A DNA stretch of 64,000 nt from Centroscyllium fabricii (taxonomy: Eukaryota). This document shows positions 47,725 to 59,843 of the stretch, in pieces. Below the pieces are notes generated by a model. It did no database searches. It had not been told where the DNA came from and saw only the letters and a program-made list of their open reading frames with translations. Position 1 is the stretch's first letter. Every line of letters begins with the position of its first letter. Both the position numbers and the translations under genes were made by a program. The stretch lies in NCBI GenBank assembly GCA_051313645.2, contig JBNRSN020000003.1, positions 323,268,001 through 323,332,000 on the forward strand. The letters are read 5' to 3'.

Positions 47725-49362
47725 GGGAAAGCCATTCAGTTCTTTGAGCCTGTTCCGCCATACAATTAGATCATATATGATCTGTATATTAACTCCATCT
47801 ACCCATCTTGGTTCTATAACCGTTAATACCCATTTGCCTAACAAAAATCTATCAATCTCAGTTTTGACATTTTTAATTGATCCCCAGCCCCAGCCTAGCT
47901 CTAATTTTAAGGTTATGCCTCCATGTTCTGGACTCCCCCACCAGAGGAAATAGTTTCTCTCTATATACCCTATTAAATCCTTAAATCATCTTAAACTCCT
48001 CAATTAGATCACCCCTTAATCTTCTATACTCGAGGGAATAGAAGCCTAGTCTGTGCAAACTGTCCTCATAATTTAACCCTTCTAGCCTCAGTATCATTCT
48101 GGTGAATCTGCGCTGCAGCCCCTCTGACGTATCATCAATAAGACTAAAAGATGAAGAGTTACCTTAACTAAAGGCTTCTATTAACTATAAAACAGAGCTG
48201 GTCTTTGGCTGAGCTCAGGACGGTGAATGAACAGGGAATAGTGAGCAACCACCTATGTACTCCGACCTGAGGGGAGGAGTTAGAGGCGGGGCAGTTCCTG
48301 CCGTCAGTTATATACAGATATGTACAGATATACGGCCAGTATTCCCGTCAGGTCATTACTGGTACAGACATTATATACAGTGGTAAATACAGGTTTACCA
48401 TATTCACACCTTCTTTAAAAATGAGTCCGACGGGGTGAATGTGTGTCAGCATTCTGCAATCAGTCTCTCGGGTGGCCTTGTCTGCCGGAGGGACCGACGG
48501 GGTGCCGGTGCTGGTGGTTCCGATCGCGGGGTCGGGGGCGTGTTGTCCGCCACTGGTGTCAGCGGCGTGCTGTCCGTCCTCCAGTCGTCGGCCGTTGATG
48601 TCGAGGGCCCCGGTGTGTATGTGTGTGTGGGCCAGTGTTCGGTGGATGGTGACTGGCAGAGCTGGGGCTCAGCCGGAGGTTCCGTGTTCGTGGTCCCGGC
48701 GGGCGCCAGGTCCCTGATTGAGACCGTGTCTTCGCGCCCGTCCGGGTATGCCACATAAGCCTATTGTGGGTTGGCGTGGAGCAGGTGCACCCGTTCCACC
48801 AGGGGGTCCATCTTGTGGCCGCGGACGTGCTTCCTAAGCAAGACTTGCCCTGGGGTGGTCAGCCACAGCGGGAGTGCTGACCCTGAAGTCAATTTTCTGG
48901 GGAAGGAAAACAGTTGTTCGTGAGGCGTGGCGTTGGTAGCGGTACACAGCAGAGAGCGGATGTAATGGAGCGCGTCAGGGAGGACCTCTTGCCAACGGGA
49001 GACTGGAAGGCCTCTGGATTTAAGGGCCAGGGTGACCACCTTCCAGATCATCCCGTTCTCTCTTTCTACCTGGCCGTTTCCCCGGGGGTTGTAATTGGTC
49101 ATTCTGTTCGAGGCAATCCCTATCTGGAGCAGAAACTGACGCAGTTCGTCGCTCATGAACGATGACCCCCGGTCGCTGTGGATGTATCCGGTCAGGCCGA
49201 AGATGGCGAATAGCGTGGTGAAGTGTTTGCACAGATATATGTCCAGTAATGCCGTCAGGTCATTACTGGTACAGACATTATATACAGTGGTAAATACAGG
49301 TTTACCACACCCTCCAAGGCCAATATATCCTTCCTGAGGTGCAGGGCCCAGGACTGAACACA
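47725..49362 (-). mobile_element. Old CR1 3' fragment split by an LTR element
   Basis: LRKDILALE|GLQRRFTRMI junction at the TSD; LYSLEYRRLRGDLIE; degenerate tail. Confidence 0.8.
48125..49309 (-). mobile_element. Internally deleted Gypsy element (partial 5' LTR + integrase 3' half + full 3' LTR)
   Basis: TSD CCCTC at 48120-48124 and 49310-49314; LTR at about 48125-48401; PPT AAAGAAGGTGTGAA. Integrase resembles 34015..36300; 49230-49309 repeats the LTR start. Confidence 0.9.
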
Positions 49363-49365
49363 GTT

Positions 49366-49826
49366 AAAGAAAGACTCGCGTTTCTATAGTGCCTTTCGCG
49401 ACCTCAGGATGTCCCAAAGTGCTTTACAGCCAATGAAGTACTTTATGAAGTGTAGTCACTGATGTAATGTAGGAAACCTGGCAACCAAATTGTGCACAGC
49501 AAGATCCCACAAACTGCAATGGGATAATAACCAGATAATCTGTTTTAGTGATATTGGTTGAAGGATAAATATTGGCCCGGGACACTGGGGGAAACTGCTT
49601 TGCTTTTCCTTGAAATAGTGTCATGTGATCTTTTACATCAAGCTGAGAAAGCAGACAGGGCTTCGGTTTAACGTCTCATCCAAAGGATGGCACGTCCAAC
49701 AGTGCAGCACTCCCTCAGTACTGCATTGGGAGTATCAGCCTAGATTTTTGTGCTCAAGTCTCTGGAGTGGGGCTTGAACCCACAACCTTCTCACTCAGAA
49801 GTGAGAGTGCTAGCCACTGAGCCACG
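49366..49826 (-). mobile_element. SacSINE1-like Deu-SINE
   Basis: Full-length match to the other copies. Confidence 0.87.
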
Positions 49827-50871
49827 GCCCTCATCATCAGATGGGGTCTAACCAGAGCTTCACATAACTTCTACCCTTTTGTATTTCAGCCCCCTTGAGA
49901 TACAAGCCTCCTTTGGGCACAGGACGTTGGTCCCCAAAATTGGCCCTCGTTGTGTCCACTTTACGCCCATCAAATGAGAAAGGCAGGGATGTCTGATTTC
50001 TTCCCCAAGGTCTCTTCATTCCAAAATGCAAATCCTTCTCACTCGCCCAGTGCTCCTCACGTCCTGCGACAGCTGCTGACTGCACACACACACATGCCTA
50101 CAACTAATAGCTCTTGTTCTTGGAATCAAAGCTAGCAGCTTCAGCCTAGCAGTTTGCCCTGCTACGAGAGAGAGAAAGTTAAATTAGAATCTAATTTTAG
50201 TGCTGTCATTATATCACGTGCATTTGCCACTGGTAGTGACTTGAGGTTTATGGTGTACTGTTGCCAAAAGGTTAATCTGATACCTGCACCGGAAATACTA
50301 CCTTCAATTTGGCTTTACAATGATATCAATATAATTGCCACTGCTGCTTTTAATTAACATTCTTCTTTCTTTAAAAACTCCAGAAATTGAGCAGCCGCTG
50401 GATAAAGCCATTCTATTCTTACAGATGGCTGTCCCACTGACTCCTTCTATTGGTAAAAATTGACTGGCAGTTGGCTGCTGGTAGGAAGCATACTGTACGT
50501 CCATCTGATTGAACGTTGCACTGGGTTTTACCATCTGCAACCATCAGCTCCCCGCTCGCATATCTCTACAAGTGGCCAGTATTGGGCCTAACGCAAGTGT
50601 ATTCACAAATTAACCCGAAATGACCACTTTGGGTTACTTTAGGTTCTCACTTGGGGATCGGTACAAACCTCCATAGCGCAAACTAAGGGGGTAAGAATTT
50701 TCGCTTTTTAATTTTGTTTTCAGTATAATCGCAGTGTGTAAACAACCTAGGAAGTTTTTTTTTTCAGTGAGGAAATTTGGACTGAAGTCCTTCCTACTGC
50801 TTACACCATGGGCGAGCTGAAATATAAGAGGTGGCGGTATGTGATTGTTAAAGAGGAGGAAAGGGTTTTAA

Positions 50872-51460
50872 AAGAAAAACTTGCATTTATATAGCGCCTT
50901 TCACGACTTCAGGACATTCAAAGCGTTTTACAGCCAAAGCTCCCACAAACAGCAATGTGATAATGACCAGATAAACAGAATTTTTTTGTGGTGTTGATTG
51001 AGGGATAAATATTAGCCAGGCCACCGGGGAGAACTCTCCTGCTCTTCTTCGAACAGTGCCATGTTAATACAACCACCTGAGAGACCAGATGGGGTGCCAG
51101 TTTAACATCTCATCTGAAAGACGGCACCTCTGACAGTGGAGCACTCCCTCAGCACTGCACTGGGAGTGTCAGCCTAGATTTTTGTGCTCAAGTCACTGGA
51201 CATAAGAACAGAAAAATTAGGAGCAGGCCCCTCGAGTCTGCTCCGCCATTCAATAAGATCATGGCTGATCATCGACCTCAACTCCACTTTCCCACCCGAT
51301 CTCCATCTCCCTTGATTCCAAAAATCTATCTATCTCAGCCTTGAATATACTCAATGCTTCATCATCTACAGCTCTTTGGGGTAAAGAATTCCAAAAATTC
51401 ACAGTGGGAATTGAACCCACCACCTTCTGACAGTAGAGACAAGGAGTGCTACCCACTGAG
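50872..51460 (-). mobile_element. SacSINE1-like Deu-SINE with a CR1 3' fragment inserted (about 51200-51398)
   Basis: Similarity to other copies; insert encodes NFWNSLPQRAV. Confidence 0.8.
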
Positions 51461-51462
51461 CG

Positions 51463-52648
51463 GGGCGGCACGGTGGCATAGTGGTTAGCACTGTTGCCTT
51501 ACAGCACTAGAGACCCGGGTTCAAATCCAGCCTCGGGTACTATCTGTGTGGAGTTTGCACATTCTCCCCGTGTCTGCGTGGGTTTCCTCCGGGTGCTCCG
51601 GTTTCCTCCCACAGTCCAAAGATGTGCGGGTTAGGTTGATTGGCCATGATAAATTGACCCTTAGTGTTAGGGGGATTGAATATGTGGGGTTACGGGAATA
51701 GGGTGGGATATGTGTCGGTGCAGGCTCAGTAGGGATCGAGGGATATGGGGACAAGGCAGGGACTGGGTTGGATGATCAGCCATGATCTCATTGAACATAA
51801 GAACATAAGAACATAAGAAATAGGAGCAGGAGTAGACCAATCGGCCCCTCGAGCCTGCTCCGCCATTCAATAAGATCATGGCTGATCTGATCCTAACCTC
51901 AATTTTATTTTTACTCTCCACCCCGCCCAGACCAATGTGATCACCTGGGAGAGGTGAAAAACCAGATTTAAAAAAAAAAAAAATCAGGAAAATTCCTCTC
52001 GGACCCATCTAGGCGATCGAAAACTGGTCCAGGACATCACATGGCCGATCTGAACCTAGCCTCACGTCCACTTACCAGCCCGTTCACCATAACCCCTAAT
52101 TCCCTTTAATTCCAGGAAACTGTCTATCTCAGTTTTAAATTTATTCAACGTAATAGCTTCTACAGCTCTCTGGGGCAGCAAATTCCACAGCCGCACCACC
52201 CTCTGAGTAAAGAAGTTCCCCCTCATCTCAGTTTTGAAATGGGAGCCCCTTATTTTAAGATTATGCCCCCTAGTCCTAGTCTCACCCACCATTGGGAACA
52301 TCCTCACCGCATCCACCCGATCAAGCCCTCTCACAATCTTATATATTTCAATAAGATCGCCTCTCATTCTTCTGAACTCCAATGAGTAGAGGCCCAATCC
52401 ACTCAGCCTCTCGTCATATGTTAGCCCCCTCATCCCCGGAATTAACCTAGTGAATCTTCTCTGCACTGCCTCGAGAGCAAGTATGTCCTTTCTTAAATAG
52501 GGACACCAGAACTGCACGCAGTATTCCAGGTGTGGTCTCACCAATACCCTGTACAACTGCAACAAGACCAACATTGAATGGCGGAGCAGGCTCAAAGGGC
52601 CAAATGGCCTCCTCCTGCTCCTATCTTCTACGTTTATATGTTTCTATG
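51463..52648 (+). mobile_element. HE1-like V-SINE split by an antisense CR1
   Basis: SINE 51463-51795 resumes at 52572. Confidence 0.87.
51796..52571 (-). mobile_element. 5'-truncated CR1, same family as 15500-21062
   Basis: ORF 52062..52595; TSD CATTGAA at 51789-51795 and 52572-52578. Confidence 0.93.
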
Positions 52649-52961
52649 AGCCACAGCTGTACCTTTAAATAATTACTACGAGGGGAGCTGGGTAGCCATA
52701 GTGCAAGTTAGAACCCCCCCCCCCCCCTCCCTGCATTCCATCCTTAACCGGAGAGCACTGTGATGGGCAACTGTTGCTTTCAGAGGGGGAAGACTAGTGC
52801 CCAAGTGGGCAAGGAATTAAAGAGAATGCCCATTATGTTACCTTGCCAGCCCTGGCAAGGTCATTGAACATTTGAGTGACATTGCTCTGCCATCCAGGTG
52901 GGTGAGAGAGTTGGTGAGTAGCTCCTGTGCCACCTCCCTCCAGGCAGTGTTAGTTACATTT

Positions 52962-53136
52962 CTGGGTTTTTTATCTGGTTTTTCTCCTCTCCCGGGTGAT
53001 CACATGGGTTTGGGCGGGATGGAGAGTAAAAATAAAATTGAGGTTAGGATCAGATCAGCCATGATCTTGTTGAATGGCGGAGCAGGCTCGAGGGGCCGAT
53101 TGGCCTACTCCTGCTCCTATTTCTTATGTTCTTATG
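52962..53136 (+). mobile_element. CR1 3' UTR fragment
   Basis: Reverse complement of about 15505-15680. Confidence 0.88.
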
Positions 53137-53183
53137 GGTGGTTTGGTTGCATTCGCATCCAGGAACTGTGTGCTTTGCAGTGT

Positions 53184-53590
53184 CAGCTGTAGCTCAGTTG
53201 GTAACACTCTCTTCTCTGATGCAGAAGGTTGTGGGGTTAAGTCCCACCCCAGAGACCTAAGCATGAAATCCAGGCTGGCATCCCTAAAGGAGGGCTGCAC
53301 TGTCTTTCAGTATGAGATGTTAAAATGAGGTCCTATCTGCTCTCTCAGGTGGATGTAAAAGATCCCATGTGTCTATTTCGCAGGGGATTTCTCCCTGGTG
53401 TACTGGACCAATATTTATCCCTCACTCAACATCACTAAAAAAAAACAGATGATCTGTTATGTTATCATATTGCTGTTTGTGGGGCCTTGTTGTGTGCAAA
53501 TTGGCTGCTGCGTTTCCTACATTTCAACAATGACTACACTCCAAAAAAGTACATCATTGGCATGAAAGATGCTACATAAATGCAAGTTTT
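53184..53590 (+). mobile_element. SacSINE1-like Deu-SINE
   Basis: Similarity to other copies. Confidence 0.82.
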
Positions 53591-54056
53591 GCTTTCTCCT
53601 GCCCTATTATTTCCTTTAGAAGAGTTTGGCATTCTGAATGAATGAAGCAATGCATTTTGCTTCTCTGGCTTGGCAGCGTGCCCTGCTGCCCTCTGGGCAC
53701 AGATGGCACTCAGGTGGTCATAATTCTGTACAAGTATAACAACAATGTTGATAAGACGTACAGTGAAGCCATCAGAGAGTGAAGTGAAAGAGCCAAACTC
53801 GGTTCCTCTTTTATCTGTTTCGCCCCCCCACCTCCCCCCCACCCCCTCCCCACCCCCCGTCTGCTGCTGAACTGTGCAGGTTGAACTGTCCTTTTAAAGG
53901 CTACATGGAAATTTCCAGGTTTTTCAGCTGCTTATACCCATTGTACATTAATGACTGCACCAGTGAGCAGACCCAGGAAACCCACATATAACTCCCTCTG
54001 CAGGCTACCAGTGGACACTTTGTTTTAAGCGGAAACATCAGTGCCATTCATCATTG

Positions 54057-54875
54057 TCAGCTGTGGTTCAGTGGGTATCACTCTTACCTCTGAGTCAGAA
54101 GGTTGTGGGTTCAAAGTCCCACTCCAGAGACTTGAGCACAAAATCTAGGCCGACACTCCCAGTGCAGTACTGAGGGAGTGCTGTATTGTCGGAGGTGCTG
54201 TCTTTCAGATGAGATGTTAAACCGAGGCCCTGTCTGCCATCTTAGATAGACGTAAAAGATCAAACGACACTCTTTTGAAAAAGAGCAGGGGAGTTCTCCC
54301 CTGTGTCAAGGGATATGGAGCTCAGGCGGAAAAGTGGAGTTGATGGGGAAGATCAGCCATGATCTTATTGAATGGCGGAGCAGGCTTAAGGGGCTTTTTG
54401 GTCTACTACTGCTCCTAGTTCTTTTGTCCTAGCCAATGTTTATCCCTCAACTAACATCACTGTAATGAAATCTGTTGTCTGTATGTATTCGTTGGCACTC
54501 ATGTATATTACCCCCCCCCCCCCCCCCCCACTGTGTATAGTTTCACTTCCTGTTTCCTGACTAAACCTGGGAGATTCCAGGAATTGGCTTTGGCTCCGCC
54601 CCTGGCTCACCTTACATAAAGATCCAGGATCTGTATAATTCATTCCTGTGAGACAGCCATCGAGATGTGAGCTCTAATTCTTAGTGATTAAAAGCCTTTC
54701 TGTTTAAGTCTATAACTTCTAGTTTTGTAGTTATTGAAGGCACATCAATCACTAAATCAGATGATCTGGTCATTATCACATTGCTGTTTGTGGGAGCTTG
54801 CTGTGCACAAATTGGCTGATGCGTTTCCTACATTACAGCAGTGACTACATTTCAAAAAATACTTTATTGACTGTA
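54057..54875 (+). mobile_element. SacSINE1-like Deu-SINE with a nested CR1 tail (about 54305-54425) and a solo LTR
   Basis: SINE sequence is collinear around both inserts. Confidence 0.82.
54461..54747 (+). mobile_element. Solo LTR
   Basis: TGTAATGA...ATTAAAAGCC...GGCACATCA; TSD ATCAC at 54456-54460 and 54748-54752. Confidence 0.9.
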
Positions 54876-55005
54876 TAAGTGTAAGTTTTTTGTTTCTTTT
54901 CATTTCAAGAACATTTTAGGCCTGAATGTCAGCAGGCTATCTTTCCTGGCCCTCACGACATCAGAGCTTGCTCCTGTCCTCAAATGACGTCCACAGGCAC
55001 TTATT

Positions 55006-55704
55006 GAGGCAGAAATTCCGATCTCTACGGGTGTGTACGCGCTGTGAACTCACCCATAGGGCCAACGGAAATGCCGGTTTTTGGCATGCACTGCTTTTGA
55101 CAGATCCTCCGGCTGCGCGGGAGCAGGGCCTCTGCAGGTGGAGAGTTCCGATTTTTGGAGACCCTCTGCCCGCAGAAAACACTTACAATTCTTGCACCTG
55201 ATAAAAGCAGGCGCAAGGCCAGCTTTTACCAGGATAAGAGTTGAAAAAAAGTTTTTTTTCAATTTCCACTGATTTATCATTTAAAAATACTTTAAAGAAA
55301 GGTAAGTTTATTTTAGCCCCGTTAAAAACCTTAACTTTTTTTTCAAAAAATAAAAGTTTTGTTTAAAATGCTTAATTTATGTAATTTAACGTCATTTTAA
55401 AAATATGATTAAAAAAATAATAATTTAAAGTTTTACTATGTTTTGGGGGGTGATCTCTATTCATATATTTGACAAATGTATGAAGGGAGATTCTCTTCTG
55501 TGATTGGCTCCCCATGGCCCACGTGATCGCAGGAACACTGCGAACCACCTGCGCCTCTGGGATACCTGGGCCCTGCGCACCGGCAGTTTGGAGAGGCCCA
55601 ACAACGGAACTCTGCGCCTCCCGGGAGCCCTCCAGTCCAAGCGCAGGTTTTTCCAGATCGCCGCCCTCCGCCTGCAGGAGGCCTGCGAACGGAATTTCTG
55701 GGCC
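55006..55704. mobile_element. Harbinger-type MITE related to 42470-43233
   Basis: GAGGCAGAAATTCCG / CGGAATTTCTGGGCC termini; shared AT-rich core and GATTGGCTCCC..CACGTG motif. Confidence 0.72.
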
Positions 55705-55833
55705 ATGGTTTCTTATAAGCTGTCACTGGGTAGCAATCAGAAGTGGCAGCCCAGGACAACTGTCCCCTTCCTAGCTTGGAGACGCTGATGTCAATTATAA
55801 CATCACGCTGCCACGCCAGTTATAATCAGCTAA

Positions 55834-56700
55834 TAACAACAATTTGCATTTATGTAGCGGCTTTAACGTAGTAAAAAGTTCCAAGGCGCTTCACAGGAGT
55901 GATTAGCAAACAAAATTTGACACAAAACCACATAAGGAGATATTAGGACCGGTGACCACATGCTTGGTCATAGAGGTAAGTTTTAAGGAGCGTCTTAAAC
56001 GAAGAGAGAGAGGTAGCGAGGCAGAGAGGTTTAGGGAGGGAATTCCAGAGCTTAGGGCCATGACAGCTGAAGGGACAGCCACCAATGGTGGAGCAATTAA
56101 AATTAGGGATGTGCAAGAGGTCAGAATTGGAGGAGCGCAGAGATCTCAGAGGGTTGTTGTTGTGTATGTGCCTTTAACCTATTATGCTGGGCACTCCTTT
56201 ATGTGGTGTAGTAATACTGCAGTGCTTAGGCCAACCACTAGGGTATATAAGTTCGTGTGTGTAGTGATATGGTTGTTGACATCGGGAGATTGATGTAAGA
56301 AGTCAGTCCAGTCGTGAGTCTCATGGAAGTTCCATACTCTGTAACTGATGAAAAAACACCTATTTATTTGTTTTATACCCTGGAGTTGAGTCCGTTATTC
56401 GATAACATGTATAGCACGGACTTAACAGTTGTAGTGCTGGAGGAGGTTACAGAGAAAGGGAGGGGCAAGGCCATGGAGGGATTTGAAAACAAGGATGAGA
56501 ATTTTAATATTGAGGCGTTGCCAGATTGGGAGCCAATGTAGGTCAGCAAGCACAGGGTGAACAGGACTTGGTGTAAGTTAGGTTTGAAGATGAGAGGCTG
56601 GCCAGGAGAGTATTGGAATAGTCAAGTCTAGAGGTAACAAAGGCATGGATGAGGGTTTCAACAGCAGATGGGCTGAAGCAGGAGTTGAGATGGGCGATGT
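55834..56700 (-). mobile_element. L2-clade LINE 3' fragment split by a solo LTR
   Basis: Minus strand encodes LWNSLPKPLCLATSLSSFKTLLKTYL; tail GCTACATAAATGCAAATTGTTGTT resembles the Deu-SINE tail. Confidence 0.78.
56158..56427 (+). mobile_element. Solo LTR of a separate family
   Basis: TGTT...AACA termini, TATATAA box, TSD GTTGT at 56153-56157 and 56428-56432. Confidence 0.78.
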
Positions 56701-57204
56701 TGGCACTTCCACCTGCATAGCATCAGCTAACTCAGCACAATGTCTGTGCGAATCACTTCCACAGCCAGCGATGCATTTACCAATGAGAATTTGTTTTCTT
56801 TAATACGAACGTCATGTAATTTACTGAAAATTTTCACATCAGATATTGAAATATACTGTTCCAAGATTGACACATAAAGAGCAAGGAGAAATATAAGAAG
56901 GTTGCAATGGAGATTTTCTTTTGCCACAGATTGCCACATGCCACAAACCGGGTGGAAGATAACACTTTAGATTTTCTGGCCCCATCTGCCACCAGCGAGA
57001 TCCTGTGTCACCAGCAAATCTTCAGAGAATCGACTCTTGTGTTTCTGAGGGATTGCCAGAAATAAAATTTGCTCTACCCCATTTAAGGCTTATGAGGAGA
57101 TCATGATGCAGTGATTCACTGCTGAAATGCTATAAATTGTGAGCAGTGAGGGCATGAGATCCAAAGACAATGGATGAATCTACATTCACCAATTCATCGA
57201 TGTG

Positions 57205-57635
57205 TCAGCCATGGCTCAGTGGGTAGTAGCACTCTCGCCTCTGAGTCAGAAGGTTGTGGGTTCGGAATCCCATTCCAGAGACTTCACAAAATCTAGATCT
57301 GACACAACCAGAGGCAGTCCTGAGGGAGTGCTGCACTGTCTGAGGTGCCGTCTTTCAGATGAGATGATAAACCCAAGGTCCCGCCTGCCCTCTCTGATGG
57401 ACATAAAAGATCCCACGGCATAATTCTGATGAAAAGCAGGTGAGTTCTTCAGGTGTCCTGGTTAATATTTATCCCTCAATCAAGATCACTACGGCAGATG
57501 ATCTGGCGATTGTATCATTGCGGTTTGTGGGACCTTACTGTGTGCAAATTGGCTGCCATGCTTCCTACATTACAACAGTGACTTCAAAAAGTACTTAATT
57601 GCTGTAAGGTACTTGTGGACACTATATAAATGCAA
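57205..57635 (+). mobile_element. SacSINE1-like Deu-SINE
   Basis: Similarity to other copies. Confidence 0.82.
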
Positions 57636-57639
57636 TGAT

Positions 57640-57899
57640 GTAAAGGAAGGACTGAGAGAGAAAATATATTCACCCAAAGGGTGGTGGGGGTCTGGAACTC
57701 ACTGCCCGAAGGGGTGGTAGAGGCAGAAACCCTCATCACATTTAAAAAGTACTTGGATGTGCACTTGAAGATCTGTAACCTACAGGGCTACAGACCTAGA
57801 GATGGAAGGTGGGATTAGATGGGTAGCGCTTTTCCGACTGGCATGGACACGATGGGCCAAATGGCCTCCTTCTGTGTCATAATTTTTCTATGATTCTAT
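57640..57899 (+). mobile_element. CR1 3' fragment
   Basis: FTQRVVGVWNSLPEGVVEA; (TTCTATGA)n tail. Confidence 0.82.
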
Positions 57900-58732
57900 G
57901 GGGGTGATTTTAATTCAGAAGTCGGGTAGGAAGCGGGACTATAACTTTCGGGGTTGTAGTCCCACCTCCATCGAGATGCGGCCAATCCACACAATTTTAA
58001 CTTGATTGACCTTATTGAGCCCACACAGCATGCTCAGCAGGCCAATTAAGGGCCACCCGGCAACAGGTGACATCACAGACTGAAATTTCATCCGTCAGGA
58101 GGTTTTGACAGATGAAATATCAGCGTTTCACAGAGCCCTGTTTGAAGCTGTCAAACACTGACAGTCTTACTTCTAACCTGAGTCCTTCTCCACAGACTCA
58201 GTTAGAAATCTCTCCTGCACAGAAAGCTGCAGGCTGTCACTTTTGACAGTTTGCAGCCATTCTGCTTTCTGTGCCAATGAGATGAGGGACTCCCAGGACC
58301 TAAAGGAAGGCTGAAAAGGTAAAAAAAGGTCATTTAAACTTCTTTAATCACTTTAGACATACCAAACACACTTACCTTTGCACTCATGCACACATCACTC
58401 ACCTGAACACTGAAATCTCGACCCCTCCAAGTCCTTCAACCCGATGGCCCGACTCCTCTAACTTGCCGTGGTTTGGAGCCATCGGGAATCCCACACTTTA
58501 ACCTTCAAAATAGGGATTAGGCTAAAAACTGCCTGTTAACTACCAGTTAATTGGCACTAATCCCTTCCTGCCTTGGGTAGGCGGGTCCCAGTGTGGGGCG
58601 GGTGCCCGCCTCCTTTGAAACTGGCATGGAGGTGGGTTTGGGTGTGGGATGGGGTCGGGGTCACTGATTTTGGGATTTTAACCCCCCGCGTGCCTCCAAT
58701 CCCAACTCCACGGCACAATGAAAATTGAGGCC
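57900..58732. mobile_element. Probable Harbinger-type MITE related to 44561-45475
   Basis: GGGGGTGATTTT / AAAATTGAGGCC imperfect termini; shared GGCCAATTAAGGGCC and CTGACAG motifs. Confidence 0.55.
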
Positions 58733-58859
58733 TATGAGTCTATGAGAACCTTGGGAAACAGCTGAATTGAGATACTATTTGCCACTGTGAAAAGGAAAAA
58801 AATTAGACTTACATCTCATCACATCTCAGAAGAATTTTAATGTAATTCACATTAAATAT

Positions 58860-59160
58860 TTATGAAGTGCAGCTACTCTAATGTTGGCTAATGTGGTAGC
58901 CATTTTGTACACACCACGACCCCGAAACACCATAGGAACAGGCATAGGCCATTCAGCCACTCAAGTCTTTCCCACCAATGAGATAACTGGCCAGTCAATC
59001 TGTTTTTTTGGTGTTGTTGGTTGAGAGAGGAATGTTGTCCAGGGCACAAAGAGAACCTCTTGCTCATCTTCAAACAGTAAAACCATGAAATCTTAGACTC
59101 CAGTGGAACACAGAACGGGGCCTCAGTTTGACAGTTCATTTGAAGGATGGCATGTCTGAC
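58860..59160 (-). mobile_element. Degenerate Deu-SINE fragment
   Basis: Partial similarity to other copies. Confidence 0.5.
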
Positions 59161-59423
59161 TCTTAGAGTTGCCAACTCTGGTTGCAAGTCTTCCTGGAGC
59201 AACCTTTACTTTGCTCAAGTCTTGGGGAGGAGCAGATTTTCCCCTTGCTGCCCGGGTGTAAAAAACACTCGATTCTCATTTCACATCAAATTTGGCACAA
59301 ATGGAAATCAGGCAGTTTCTAGAACGGGTAGTCTATGCGCCATGCCAGCTTGATGCCTCAGTGGCAAGTTGAAAATCTAACCCCTTTGTGTCTATGGAGG
59401 CGACAGCACTGCACTGCACGATT

Positions 59424-59701
59424 AGGATTGGCAACTCTGGTTGACGTATCTGCTGGAGGTGTCATCACATGACCTCCCACCTCCAACCATCCCCACACTC
59501 CCGCCATTGGTCACCCGATATGCCCTGCCTTCCCTGCAGCTAATTGGAAAGTGAACAGACTCTTTGCTACCCAAATTGGATGATTCTTGTCTGGTTAAAG
59601 AGCCTTCCTATTTGCCCCCTCGCCAATATTTTTATGACTAATAAACAGGAGTGTTCAAAGATGCCCCTGTGATGCCTATGGAGTTGTCCTGGAGATTAAT
59701 C
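59424..59701. mobile_element. hAT-like MITE, partial copy of 39569-39938
   Basis: Collinear similarity (GGAGGT.TCATCACATGACCTCC ... GTCCTGGAGATTAATC). Confidence 0.65.
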
Positions 59702-59843
59702 ATAGAATCATAGAATCTTACAGCACAGAAGGAGGCCATTCGGCACTTCGTGCCTGTGCCGGCTCTTTAAAAGTGCTATCGAATTATCCCCAGTCTCCTG
59801 CTCTTTCCCCATAGCCCTGATAATTTATTCCCTTCAAGTATAT
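59700..59843 (-). mobile_element. CR1 3' tail fragment
   Basis: (CATAGAAT)n, GGAGGCCATTCGG and GYGERAGDW ORF end. Confidence 0.78.

Noticed and set aside
53534-53842. ORF or exon in unique sequence; also 56727-56939 and 7850-8074
   Set aside because: No convincing splice pair or known motif. They could be conserved non-coding DNA, but that cannot be supported without alignments.
54748-54755. ATCACTAA after the solo LTR is complementary to TTAGTGAT before its ATTAAA signal, mimicking the leader duplex
   Set aside because: These bases are the TSD plus native SINE sequence (AACATCACTAAA occurs in uninterrupted copies), so this is treated as coincidence.
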